Virus record (IMG/VR): IMGVR_UViG_3300032092_000008
Length of the DNA stretch: 64,000 nt
Origin: an uncultured virus (IMG/VR IMGVR_UViG_3300032092_000008)
Taxonomy: Duplodnaviria > Heunggongvirae > Uroviricota > Caudoviricetes
Reading direction: 5' to 3' (one strand)
Below the pieces are notes generated by a model that saw only the letters and a program-made list of their open reading frames with translations, did no database searches and was not told the origin of the DNA. The translations under genes and the position numbers were made by a program. Of the stretch, positions 1 through 10,984 are shown piece by piece; the stretch's first letter is position 1; each line of letters starts with the position of its first letter.

Positions 1-221
1 GGCTGTCGTGTAATGTTTTGTACAGCAACGCGTTTCATTATTTCCTGATGATCAGTGTTATTAGGTTCCAATGCATCCATAGGAGTATTTCCCCATGGTA
101 ATGAAACAATCTGAATATCATACTTATCTGATTTAATTAAACTAGTTACTAAATCTCGAGTGTGATTTCCATAACCAGATCTGGTCGCTACTGGACCTTG
201 TACTACTACAAATGGTTTCAT
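1..221 (-). CDS. Glycosyltransferase (GT-B/GT4-like), N-terminal part only; runs off the window
   Basis: Translated by hand from ATG at 219-221: MKPFVVVQGPVATRSGYGNHTRDLVTSL... The SGYG loop is typical of GT-B N-termini. ATGA overlap with the stop of the upstream GT. Confidence 0.7.
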   Translation of the reverse strand, partial: MKPFVVVQGPVATRSGYGNHTRDLVTSLIKSDKYDIQIVSLPWGNTPMDALEPNNTDHQEIMKRVAVQNITRQ

Positions 222-1672
222 ATAATTCCTACTTTATCAAATTTTGGTTCTTGTTCTACTTTAAATAATGTAAATCGTTTTCTTGGAGTCCAGTTTGTTA
301 AACATGTATTAATACATTCAATAAAACGCTCACTCATACGACGGGCCGACATCATTGATTCTTTACCATTTACCCACGCATGTCCTTTCAATCCATTTTC
401 TTTTCTTTGGTCTGGCGACATTTCATACCAATATATAATAGCATCTGCTACATCTTCAAATCGAACACGATCATCAAAGATATATGGTGTAGGAATAGAA
501 CCCTGAAGCGATCTATTAGTTGGAAATACTGGTTTTGCCCATGGGCCACATTTAGTATACTTACCATTATGGTTACTAGGAAACTCTGTCGTAAATGCAA
601 TCCAATTACCTGACTCATCTTCGAACCGACAATGATCTTGCAGACCACCAGTTACATTATTAATGATAGGTGTTCCTGCCATCAATGATTCTGCGCCTGA
701 TAAACCAAATCCTTCGTTAGATGCAATATTAACAGTTACATCTGCCATGTTATAATAAAAGTTCATAGTTTTATTATCAACGGCGCGATCACTAAAAATT
801 ACTTTATAATTAGGACAAATAGCATTTTTAACAGCAAATAAATCCGTACCATTTTCATCTACGGGCTGAGTATGCATTAGCAAAGCACATTTATTGGCTT
901 TTTCTTTTGGTAATTTATCACAGAATGATTTATATGCTAGAATTAAATCACCTGGTTGTTTTCTTCTGATATTACGATTGTTCCAGAATACTACAAAGTC
1001 AATATCATTTTTAGACTTAAAATCAGTACTAAATTTTTCAAACTCAGTATACTGTTCATGTTCTTTGTTAATTGGAAAGTATTTTGTTTCATTGATACCA
1101 TGTGGTACATACTGTACTGCCCATTCTTCTTTAGGAAATTTGCGCAACACATTCTTAACAATGTTTTGAGTCTGGCGTGATATATTCATAATTAAATCAC
1201 ATGACTCATAAAATGGTTCATTCCAATGAGGATATGGCAAATCATCCCATATGTTATAATACATTATTGGAATATGTTGACGAACACTATGTTCTAATTG
1301 ATACAACCATCCCCAGAATCTAGGATCTGTAAAATGTAATATAGCATCTGGTTTTTCTGTATTAATCAAATAATTTAATACATTCGCATCACCATATCCA
1401 TTATATGGCATTAATTTAACCGAGGCATCATCGACGCCAGTTTCTTTAGCAACATCCGCAGATAAGTCTAACATTTTTCCTGCATCTGGATGATTAATCG
1501 CTGCTCCTAATTGTACCCAATCAAACTCTTTTACGGTACCTAATACAAACTCTCGAGACATTGTGGCTATACCAGAATGCATTCGAAGGTCGTCGGAAAG
1601 TAAAAGAATTTTCTTTTTCTTAGGTCTGTTTGGATCGATTTTACGTAATTTTGGTAACTGTAACTGATTCAT
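218..1672 (-). CDS. Glycosyltransferase family 4 (GT-B fold)
   Basis: N-terminal HSGIA loop, RNIRRK, and the GT4 donor-binding motif EGFGLSGAESLMAGTPII; AGGAG RBS. Confidence 0.9.
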   Translation of the reverse strand: MNQLQLPKLRKIDPNRPKKKKILLLSDDLRMHSGIATMSREFVLGTVKEFDWVQLGAAINHPDAGKMLDLSADVAKETGVDDASVKLMPYNGYGDANVLNYLINTEKPDAILHFTDPRFWGWLYQLEHSVRQHIPIMYYNIWDDLPYPHWNEPFYESCDLIMNISRQTQNIVKNVLRKFPKEEWAVQYVPHGINETKYFPINKEHEQYTEFEKFSTDFKSKNDIDFVVFWNNRNIRRKQPGDLILAYKSFCDKLPKEKANKCALLMHTQPVDENGTDLFAVKNAICPNYKVIFSDRAVDNKTMNFYYNMADVTVNIASNEGFGLSGAESLMAGTPIINNVTGGLQDHCRFEDESGNWIAFTTEFPSNHNGKYTKCGPWAKPVFPTNRSLQGSIPTPYIFDDRVRFEDVADAIIYWYEMSPDQRKENGLKGHAWVNGKESMMSARRMSERFIECINTCLTNWTPRKRFTLFKVEQEPKFDKVGII

Positions 1673-1715
1673 TAAACTCCTTATAACCGTTCTTTTTATT
1701 TATTATAAATATGGG

Positions 1716-2117
1716 TTACGATATGATAACCACCTTTTTATTTAGTTTTTCTGCGTATTTGATAGCACTCACTGTCCCAGTTGATTTAATATCTTTTGGA
1801 ACAAATGCAACCATAATATCACAATCTCTTGCAATCAATTGATTGCGATGATGAAATTGACTTACGTGATATGGTTTGCTATAATATTCGTCTGACATGG
1901 CACTATATAAATTCCTAGGAGTATGAGCTGGGTTAAATTCTTTATACTTAATTCCAAACTCCAATGCAAACTTCCTAGCGTATTTATCTGCTCCGTCTTT
2001 TGCTCCACCTGATATTATCACTAATTCATTGCCAAACTTTCTACGTAACTCAGATAACATATCTTTAATCTTACGTACGTTTTCATACTCTCGACTTCCG
2101 ATAATAGCTACCTTCAT
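1716..2117 (-). CDS. SLOG-superfamily protein (YspA/DUF2493-like)
   Basis: KVAIIGSR...ISGGAKDGAD...RNQLIA...GT motifs. Start moved to ATG 2117, just past the upstream stop. Confidence 0.7.
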   Translation of the reverse strand: MKVAIIGSREYENVRKIKDMLSELRRKFGNELVIISGGAKDGADKYARKFALEFGIKYKEFNPAHTPRNLYSAMSDEYYSKPYHVSQFHHRNQLIARDCDIMVAFVPKDIKSTGTVSAIKYAEKLNKKVVIIS

Positions 2118-2119
2118 AC

Positions 2120-3058
2120 CTATTTTAATTTTATTCTGTTTTTCATTGGACATAATTCATCATCTTCTGCAAATTCACAATATTTGCAATGTTTATAATT
2201 CTTACCAGCGATAGCAGGATATTCACGTTCTGTATTATAACTGCCATCTTCTTTAAATGACGACTCTACAAATGCATTAATTTCAGTTAACAACTTCTTT
2301 CGAGTAGGCTTACCACTAGCAGGAATAAACTCTTGTACACGCTTTTGTGGAAACATGGCACCTTCGATTAACTTGCGCTTAACAATAAAGTATTTAATAT
2401 CAATACTCTCTTTGTCAATGCCAAACTGTTCACCAAAGTACTCTTTATATAAAACTAATTGAGATGCTTTAAGTTTATCTGCTTTTTGATATTTGTTCCA
2501 GCCATTACCGCTAGTCTTGATATCTAATATAGTTATTCTATTTGTCTTGGTATTGCGAATAACAACGTCTAAGAATCCCATCATAAATACTGGACGACCT
2601 TCATGACCTACTGGGTGATAGATAGGAACTTCGATACCTACAAGCTCTTCATGTTTAGATGAAAAATACTCAGCTCTACGTTTACGTATCCATTCTAATA
2701 TTGCTACGCCGTCATCATAAAACTCATTGAGTTCAAACTTGTTAGAAAAATGTTTACCCATTTGCTCCATGGCTTTTTTATACTGAGTAAACATTTTATC
2801 TTTTAATACAGCTTTGAAATCAATACTATCTGCTTTCTTAATAGACTCTGTATACATTACCGTTAAATACTCTTGCAGTGTTTCGTGTAAACATGTACCG
2901 AACAATGTATGTATACTTTGATTAAATGTTCTTAAACCCTTTACATATGCCAATTCCCAATGTTTTGGACATGTTGAATACATGGAGAATTGAGAATATG
3001 ATATCTTACATTCGCCTTCTTTAGGCTCACGCATATTGAATTGTAGGAAATTTTTCAT
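2120..3058 (-). CDS. Cas4/AddB-like PD-(D/E)XK exonuclease with putative Fe-S cluster
   Basis: SYSQ..CP N-terminus, G-F-L-D...D-I-K-T catalytic motif, Q-L-x-L-Y, C-terminal CKYC-x8-C. Confidence 0.8.
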   Translation of the reverse strand: MKNFLQFNMREPKEGECKISYSQFSMYSTCPKHWELAYVKGLRTFNQSIHTLFGTCLHETLQEYLTVMYTESIKKADSIDFKAVLKDKMFTQYKKAMEQMGKHFSNKFELNEFYDDGVAILEWIRKRRAEYFSSKHEELVGIEVPIYHPVGHEGRPVFMMGFLDVVIRNTKTNRITILDIKTSGNGWNKYQKADKLKASQLVLYKEYFGEQFGIDKESIDIKYFIVKRKLIEGAMFPQKRVQEFIPASGKPTRKKLLTEINAFVESSFKEDGSYNTEREYPAIAGKNYKHCKYCEFAEDDELCPMKNRIKLK

Positions 3059-3062
3059 ACCT

Positions 3063-3094
3063 TAAATATAAGGACATGATTTCAATTTAACAAA
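3063..3094 (-). promoter_or_regulatory. Bacteroidota-type promoter TTTG-N20-TATATTTA
   Basis: Resembles the -33 TTTG / -7 TAnnTTTG architecture; same 20-nt spacing recurs at 10953, 16623, 23817, 28045 and 61330. Confidence 0.6.
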
Positions 3095-3098
3095 TGTT

Positions 3099-3353
3099 TT
3101 ATTGAATTTGTTGGATACGTCTATTAAGATACCAAACTGCTTTATTAAGATCTTCTAACTCTTTAGCCGGATCTTTTTTACCAGCTCTAGAAATATACTT
3201 AACAGCGTTGCCTAAACAAAAGTCTAAGTCCCACGCTTCAATTACTTTAATAGCTTCATATACACTATTCTCGCCGCCGTAATGAGTAGGATGATTTACC
3301 ATTTCTTTATGAGGCTGGGTTTTTGATAAATGACGTAATAATTCTTGTTCCAT
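3099..3353 (-). CDS. DUF3310-family protein
   Basis: VNHPTHY...GNAVKYISRAGKK...EDLNKAVWY signature. Confidence 0.85.
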   Translation of the reverse strand: MEQELLRHLSKTQPHKEMVNHPTHYGGENSVYEAIKVIEAWDLDFCLGNAVKYISRAGKKDPAKELEDLNKAVWYLNRRIQQIQ

Positions 3354-3354
3354 G

Positions 3355-3804
3355 CTATGCTGGTTTTAATAATTTTTTAATTTCTTTTTCATCCTTACCA
3401 TACTTACGTAATAATTCAGTAATGGCTTTTGGATTTGAATCTTGCAGCATCGCAATATATTCAAATGCCTCACGACGAGATACCTGGTAATGCGATGCTA
3501 CAATTTCAATTAATTCTTTATTAAACTTATCTTCAGACTTGCCTTTGATATACTTACTAAAGAATCTTTGCTTGGGAAGAATATCATGATATAATTGATA
3601 TACATGCTTTGTATCCAGCTCACCAATAGTATACTGTTGAAACATATCAACGATTTCAATTAACTCTATATTCATAGATAACCAACGATTAACTATGTAT
3701 GGAGAAAATGATTTGCGATCTGCTTCTGACAGTTTACTCCAATCACGCTTTTTATCAGTAATACCGGCAAGGTGATCAAAAATAGTAGCTGGTTTAGTAC
3801 TCAT
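3355..3804 (-). CDS. Clamp-loader A subunit (T4 gp62-like)
   Basis: F-x-P-Y-I-V-N-R-W-L-S pattern and size; lies near the clamp and clamp-loader ATPase genes. Confidence 0.65.
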   Translation of the reverse strand: MSTKPATIFDHLAGITDKKRDWSKLSEADRKSFSPYIVNRWLSMNIELIEIVDMFQQYTIGELDTKHVYQLYHDILPKQRFFSKYIKGKSEDKFNKELIEIVASHYQVSRREAFEYIAMLQDSNPKAITELLRKYGKDEKEIKKLLKPA

Positions 3805-4034
3805 ATAGGCATAAATTCTTCGTTAATATGTCCACAGTCATCACAACGGAAAGTTGGTATTGGAATAATTTCTTCCTTTCCTTGTTGAGATAAAATAGCA
3901 GGCACTTGCTTAAATGCATGTACCTGTCTAAAAAATCTGCCGCCACAATTTTCACATGTGATATTTTTAAGGTCTTCTGCGCTTATACGCTTACCTTCCA
4001 TTGGACCAGTTCCTGATATATCTTTCTTTGCCAT
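3801..4034 (-). CDS. Small zinc-ribbon protein
   Basis: CENC...CDDC pairs in 77 aa. Confidence 0.6.
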   Translation of the reverse strand: MAKKDISGTGPMEGKRISAEDLKNITCENCGGRFFRQVHAFKQVPAILSQQGKEEIIPIPTFRCDDCGHINEEFMPI

Positions 4035-4072
4035 AATATTCTTTTGTTTTAATATATAAACTATTTATCAAA

Positions 4073-6631
<2,559 letters not shown>

Positions 6632-6632
<1 letters not shown>

Positions 6633-6958
6633 TATAATCGTTTTTTAGCTGATTTAATAACTGATGACATTAATATTAACATGGATGATACATCATTTTT
6701 AGCCGATATCTTATATTCTTCATCTAATGCAATATATAAACTTTCTGCCATATCAACAATTCTTTGCCATGTATTTTCTACAATTACCGGCTCAGGCTGT
6801 AGTTCTATAATAGGTTCTGATTCTATAATAGGTTCTGGTTCTATAACAACCTCTGTTTCAATAATAGGCTCTTCTTTTACTTTTGTGACACGCGGCCTGC
6901 GTTGTTTAACAACAGGCTCTTCCATGATTATTTCTTCTTTTACTTTTTTCTTTGCCAT
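6632..6958 (-). CDS. Hypothetical protein with EPII(E) low-complexity repeats
   Basis: Fills the gap between dUTPase and clamp loader; likely start MAKKK at 6958; TAATG coupling to the clamp loader. Confidence 0.55.
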
Positions 6959-6962
6959 ATTT

Positions 6963-7400
6963 TTATTTATTTGTACTTCCAAACCCACCGTTATCACGTT
7001 CTGTACTAGATAATTCTGCAACTTCTTCTAGTTCAATTATAGGATAAGGAATAATTAATAACTGACCAACACGGTCTCCTTCTTTAAAACGACGCATTGA
7101 AGCAAAATGCTCATTGCGTTTAAATTTATATCTAAATATAATTTCACCTCGATAACCAGAATCAATTACGCCAACGCTATTAGCTAATGATAAATCTGTT
7201 TTAGAAACTGATGATCTTGGGAATAACAATCCAACATACCCTTGTGGTATCTCAACTGCTAATCCCGTATAATAGTTAATAAAATTATGTTCGGGGTCAA
7301 CAGTATATTGAATAGCTGTTAAATCAAGGCCAGCATCCCCCGGCATCGCATAGCTAGGGGTTACTGCCTTCAATGATAATTTTTTAAATCTAACTTTCAT
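6963..7400 (-). CDS. dut: Trimeric dUTPase
   Basis: AGLDL, PRSS, GVIDSGYRGEI, R-x-x-GGFGST motifs. Confidence 0.97.
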   Translation of the reverse strand: MKVRFKKLSLKAVTPSYAMPGDAGLDLTAIQYTVDPEHNFINYYTGLAVEIPQGYVGLLFPRSSVSKTDLSLANSVGVIDSGYRGEIIFRYKFKRNEHFASMRRFKEGDRVGQLLIIPYPIIELEEVAELSSTERDNGGFGSTNK

Positions 7401-7401
7401 A

Positions 7402-8121
7402 TTACGCTGTTTGTAATTGAACTAAATAATAAGTTGATGAATAAGTTTTTGATCGGAATGATACTCGAGCTAACCCAGCAGCCGAAATTTCAATCTCTCC
7501 TGACTCAGCATCTTTGTTAGCTTGCAAGATTTCTTTAAACAAGTTACTTGAGAAACATACAACACTCATATCAGAACATGCATCATTTTCACATAACATT
7601 TCAAATTTAATACGACTAGTATTAATGGATGAGTAATTAATAATGAACTCTACCTTACCGTTTTTACATTGAGCTCCAAAATTCTCAGACTCTGGCAATG
7701 CATTCTTGGCTTTGATAAATTTACCCATAAAGTCTTTATCAATGTTAACCTTTACATTCCAATCTGGCAATTGTTTAAGTTCAGGTACCTGACGAATAAC
7801 TGAAAGGTCGGCTAACATAAATGTCATGTTAACATCATTATCAGTGATATCAACACTAACAGCTTTTTCGCTAATTGAATTAACTTTCATTTCCAAATCT
7901 TCAGAAACGGCTGAAAGCATTTTTACTAATTGCGGAGTTGCATAAACACCTAATGTATTTTCTCCCATATCAATATTACTAGATACCTGTCCAATAACAT
8001 TTTGGTCATCCGTAATAAATGCGGTTTGTACTGCTCCATTACTTGCATTCCACTTCACTGAAGTAGTTGCGCCGGCTAAATGGTAACGGCTAATAAAATT
8101 TAATAGATCTGTTTTTTTCAT
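7402..8121 (-). CDS. Sliding clamp (T4 gp45 / PCNA-like)
   Basis: 239 aa, two-domain beta-rich pattern, C-terminal ISAAGLARVSF...STYYLV like gp45; clustered with clamp-loader genes. Confidence 0.7.
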   Translation of the reverse strand: MKKTDLLNFISRYHLAGATTSVKWNASNGAVQTAFITDDQNVIGQVSSNIDMGENTLGVYATPQLVKMLSAVSEDLEMKVNSISEKAVSVDITDNDVNMTFMLADLSVIRQVPELKQLPDWNVKVNIDKDFMGKFIKAKNALPESENFGAQCKNGKVEFIINYSSINTSRIKFEMLCENDACSDMSVVCFSSNLFKEILQANKDAESGEIEISAAGLARVSFRSKTYSSTYYLVQLQTA

Positions 8122-9305
8122 ATTTCAAAGAATTGAGTTATTACACTGTTATTTACCATGTCATTAGTTGTTCCACCATACTTACTATATAATTGTATAT
8201 TCTTTTCATAGATATGTAAAGCCTGGTCTGGGTTTTGGAACATTTCTTCCATACTCATTAATATATTATAAAAATCTGTAGGTACAACCGTTTGTAGCAA
8301 TTCGTTATGACAATGTACAATTTGTTCTACTTGCTTAACAGTTTCATTGTATACAAATAGATTATTCAAAGTCATCTTCATTGTTACGTCACCTTTGTAG
8401 TTAGCAACCTCACCAAATGTAAATCCTTCGCTTACCGGATGTCCATATGGATTAGGAACTAGGTCAGTTGGATTATAAGGAAGATTATCACCTTTAGGAA
8501 AATACAAATGAGTGAATGTCATTTTAGTTAACTGAGGCGAATGAAGATAAGTTCCATATACTGGATATTGACCTGGCGAACTAGAATCTGTTGATACTTG
8601 TATACGACCTCCATGATACTTATTTAGCATCTTCTGAAAGAAACTTAGTAAGAAGAAATCAGATATTTTTGAAATACCTAGTACGTGTACATACATGTTA
8701 CGTTCTTTTTCAAACTCTCTATGCTTTAACATTGGTACCAAGGCTGCCATGAACAATGCTATACCTTTCTGAGTACCTCCGATAGACCAACCATTAAAGT
8801 CAAAGTCTTTAACACGGTTATACCAAATCTCATACTCGTTAACATTGTTACCTTGCACTACATTTAAGAACTTACACTTACCAGTTTGATTCTCAGCAAA
8901 GTATTTAAAGTTATCATAGCTAATATCTAAACACTCATAGAACTTGCCATCGTATTTTACACGAGGTGGAATATCAAGATTAACACCAATATCACAATTC
9001 TGTTCTAACCATTGGAAAATAGTTTCTTTGAATTTCGGATCCCATTTAATGGCACCAGTAGCTAACTGGAAACCTCCAGAGTCACCTAATACTTTTACAT
9101 CTTCATCTAATCCATATCGCTGACGAGCATCCATCCATTTATAATGGTGACCTGCTGTAATTAGGAAATATGGATGACGCCATGGCTCCGGGAAATCCTT
9201 TGAATAAAATCGACTAGTGAGGCCTGGTTTGACTTCTTTATTATTTTTGAAGTCTCCAGCACAGCCACCGGCCGAAAGGGAAGGGTAATAAATTAAATTT
9301 TTCAT
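8118..9305 (-). CDS. dpdA: DpdA/TGT-family 7-deazaguanine transglycosylase
   Basis: TGT motifs in order: GDSGGFQ, LDIPP, VVQG, WSIGG, HVLG, STDSSS. Lacks the CxCxxC zinc site of tRNA TGTs; lies near folE/queD/queE. Confidence 0.8.
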   Translation of the reverse strand: MKNLIYYPSLSAGGCAGDFKNNKEVKPGLTSRFYSKDFPEPWRHPYFLITAGHHYKWMDARQRYGLDEDVKVLGDSGGFQLATGAIKWDPKFKETIFQWLEQNCDIGVNLDIPPRVKYDGKFYECLDISYDNFKYFAENQTGKCKFLNVVQGNNVNEYEIWYNRVKDFDFNGWSIGGTQKGIALFMAALVPMLKHREFEKERNMYVHVLGISKISDFFLLSFFQKMLNKYHGGRIQVSTDSSSPGQYPVYGTYLHSPQLTKMTFTHLYFPKGDNLPYNPTDLVPNPYGHPVSEGFTFGEVANYKGDVTMKMTLNNLFVYNETVKQVEQIVHCHNELLQTVVPTDFYNILMSMEEMFQNPDQALHIYEKNIQLYSKYGGTTNDMVNNSVITQFFEI

Positions 9306-10513
9306 TATAGTTCTAACTCCAATTGGTTATTTTTTATTTCTGCGCTTATAAGTGCCTTGCAATATTCTGTTTCATACCAAATACAAATTTCTTTATCAAA
9401 ATCATTGGCAATGATATATCCTTCCATTTGTCTACCTAAATCAGATCGATCAACAATATCATAATGAGTTTTGGTATTAGTTAATACAGTAACCAATGTC
9501 TTCAATGCGTCATTCACATCAAATGGCTTATATAATCTACTTGAATCGATAAACTCTGGGAATGATCTAAAATTAGGAAATACAATATCAGCCCCAAATG
9601 CAGTCGATTCAATTACTGTCCATGACACATAATCTTGTAATGATGTATTGAATTGCACTTTACATGTTGCTAGTTCCAAATAATACTCTTGCTTGGTTAA
9701 GCCTTTAAGCATTTTAAATCTAGGCTGACGGTTTGCTAACCCATTCATTGCATCAATAACGCCTGGTAACATACTTCTAAATTCTTTACCGGATGTAGTT
9801 ACATGCCATTCATAGTCAGGATATGCTTGTAAAAACTTCTCCGCTACTTCTAACATAAAGAATGGATTCTTTTCTTTATCAAAACGACTTGAATATACAA
9901 TTACATTTTTCTTTTTAAGCAAACCATGAGCCATTGCATCAGCATAATTTGGCAATACATCTAAGGTAGCTTGTTTATGAATTGGCAATGATACGACATG
10001 GATTGGAGCTTTAAACCCAGCTGCTCTCAGTTGTTCTTTGTGAATTGTACTTCCAACAAAAATACCAGACATGCGTTGATCTAAACCTAACTCATAATGA
10101 CGCATCCAATATGCCATTGGATATGTAAAGTCATATTCATCAACAGATTGAGCATGCAACATACCATATACTTTAACTTTAATATTATATAAATCCAAAG
10201 CATACCATATGGCATCTAATCCAGGTGTCCAATAGTCTTGCAAGAAAATAATATCACCGTCTTTAACTGTACCATCATAAATCATCTTCAAGAAGTTCTG
10301 ACATTGAGTTAAACTATATTTACCTCTACCAATAGCATCGAGTACAGCACCTACTTTAATTTCTTGGTCAGGATCAAATTCTCCTGGTATTGGAATAAAG
10401 TTTAAACGATCCTTATATACCTCAAATGTTTTAGGCATCCATTCTTCACATAGCTGATAAGTATATCTAGCTTTTAAAGGCTCTAAGCCAAAGTAAAATA
10501 CATTTCTTTTCAT
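9305..10513 (-). CDS. GT-B (GT4-like) glycosyltransferase coupled to dpdA
   Basis: SSRFDKEKNP, LQDYVSWTVIES..G..VFP...SFPE donor-binding region; TAATG overlap with dpdA. Confidence 0.75.
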   Translation of the reverse strand: MKRNVFYFGLEPLKARYTYQLCEEWMPKTFEVYKDRLNFIPIPGEFDPDQEIKVGAVLDAIGRGKYSLTQCQNFLKMIYDGTVKDGDIIFLQDYWTPGLDAIWYALDLYNIKVKVYGMLHAQSVDEYDFTYPMAYWMRHYELGLDQRMSGIFVGSTIHKEQLRAAGFKAPIHVVSLPIHKQATLDVLPNYADAMAHGLLKKKNVIVYSSRFDKEKNPFFMLEVAEKFLQAYPDYEWHVTTSGKEFRSMLPGVIDAMNGLANRQPRFKMLKGLTKQEYYLELATCKVQFNTSLQDYVSWTVIESTAFGADIVFPNFRSFPEFIDSSRLYKPFDVNDALKTLVTVLTNTKTHYDIVDRSDLGRQMEGYIIANDFDKEICIWYETEYCKALISAEIKNNQLELEL

Positions 10514-10929
10514 TACTTCAATCTATCAAATTTATAATCATCTGGATTAATTTCCATTAAGTTACATTTCATGATCTGGTGTACTCGATACCAACCAGCA
10601 TCAATTGATAATGTATCTGTCTTCTTTAATTTAGCAAGATGGCTATCAGGAATGCGATAAATGATATGCGCTCTATTAAACACTGACATTGGAATATGAT
10701 CTAATGTATCTGCGGTAGCTTCAACTGTTACAATTTGTCTTGTCTTAAGAACCATATGAACAATGCTCCAATCATTCTTTTTGATCATTTCACGTACATA
10801 TTCAATTGTAAAATATGCATGCGGATATTCCAATATATCTGTTGGAATACCACTTCTTATAAAAACTGTTTCAATGTCAGAGTATCGTCCTTCGACCTCT
10901 TTGCCATACCAATACTGTTCGCCGTACAT
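10513..10929 (-). CDS. Hypothetical protein, first gene of the GT-dpdA-clamp unit
   Basis: 138 aa, TAATG-coupled to the GT, AATAAGTTATG leader, promoter directly upstream. Confidence 0.7.
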   Translation of the reverse strand: MYGEQYWYGKEVEGRYSDIETVFIRSGIPTDILEYPHAYFTIEYVREMIKKNDWSIVHMVLKTRQIVTVEATADTLDHIPMSVFNRAHIIYRIPDSHLAKLKKTDTLSIDAGWYRVHQIMKCNLMEINPDDYKFDRLK

Positions 10930-10952
10930 AACTTATTATTTTTAATTATGAT

Positions 10953-10984
10953 TAAATATAAGAATAAAATTTCAATTATCCTAA
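10953..10984 (-). promoter_or_regulatory. Host-type promoter (TTAG-N20-TATATTTA)
   Basis: Same -7 box and spacing as the other instances; -33 box is imperfect. Confidence 0.5.

Noticed and set aside
8118..9305. Ordinary tRNA-guanine transglycosylase (tgt)
   Set aside because: Lacks the CxCxxC/H zinc site, is coupled to the sliding clamp and has a clamp-type tail; a DNA-acting DpdA fits better, though tRNA activity is not excluded.
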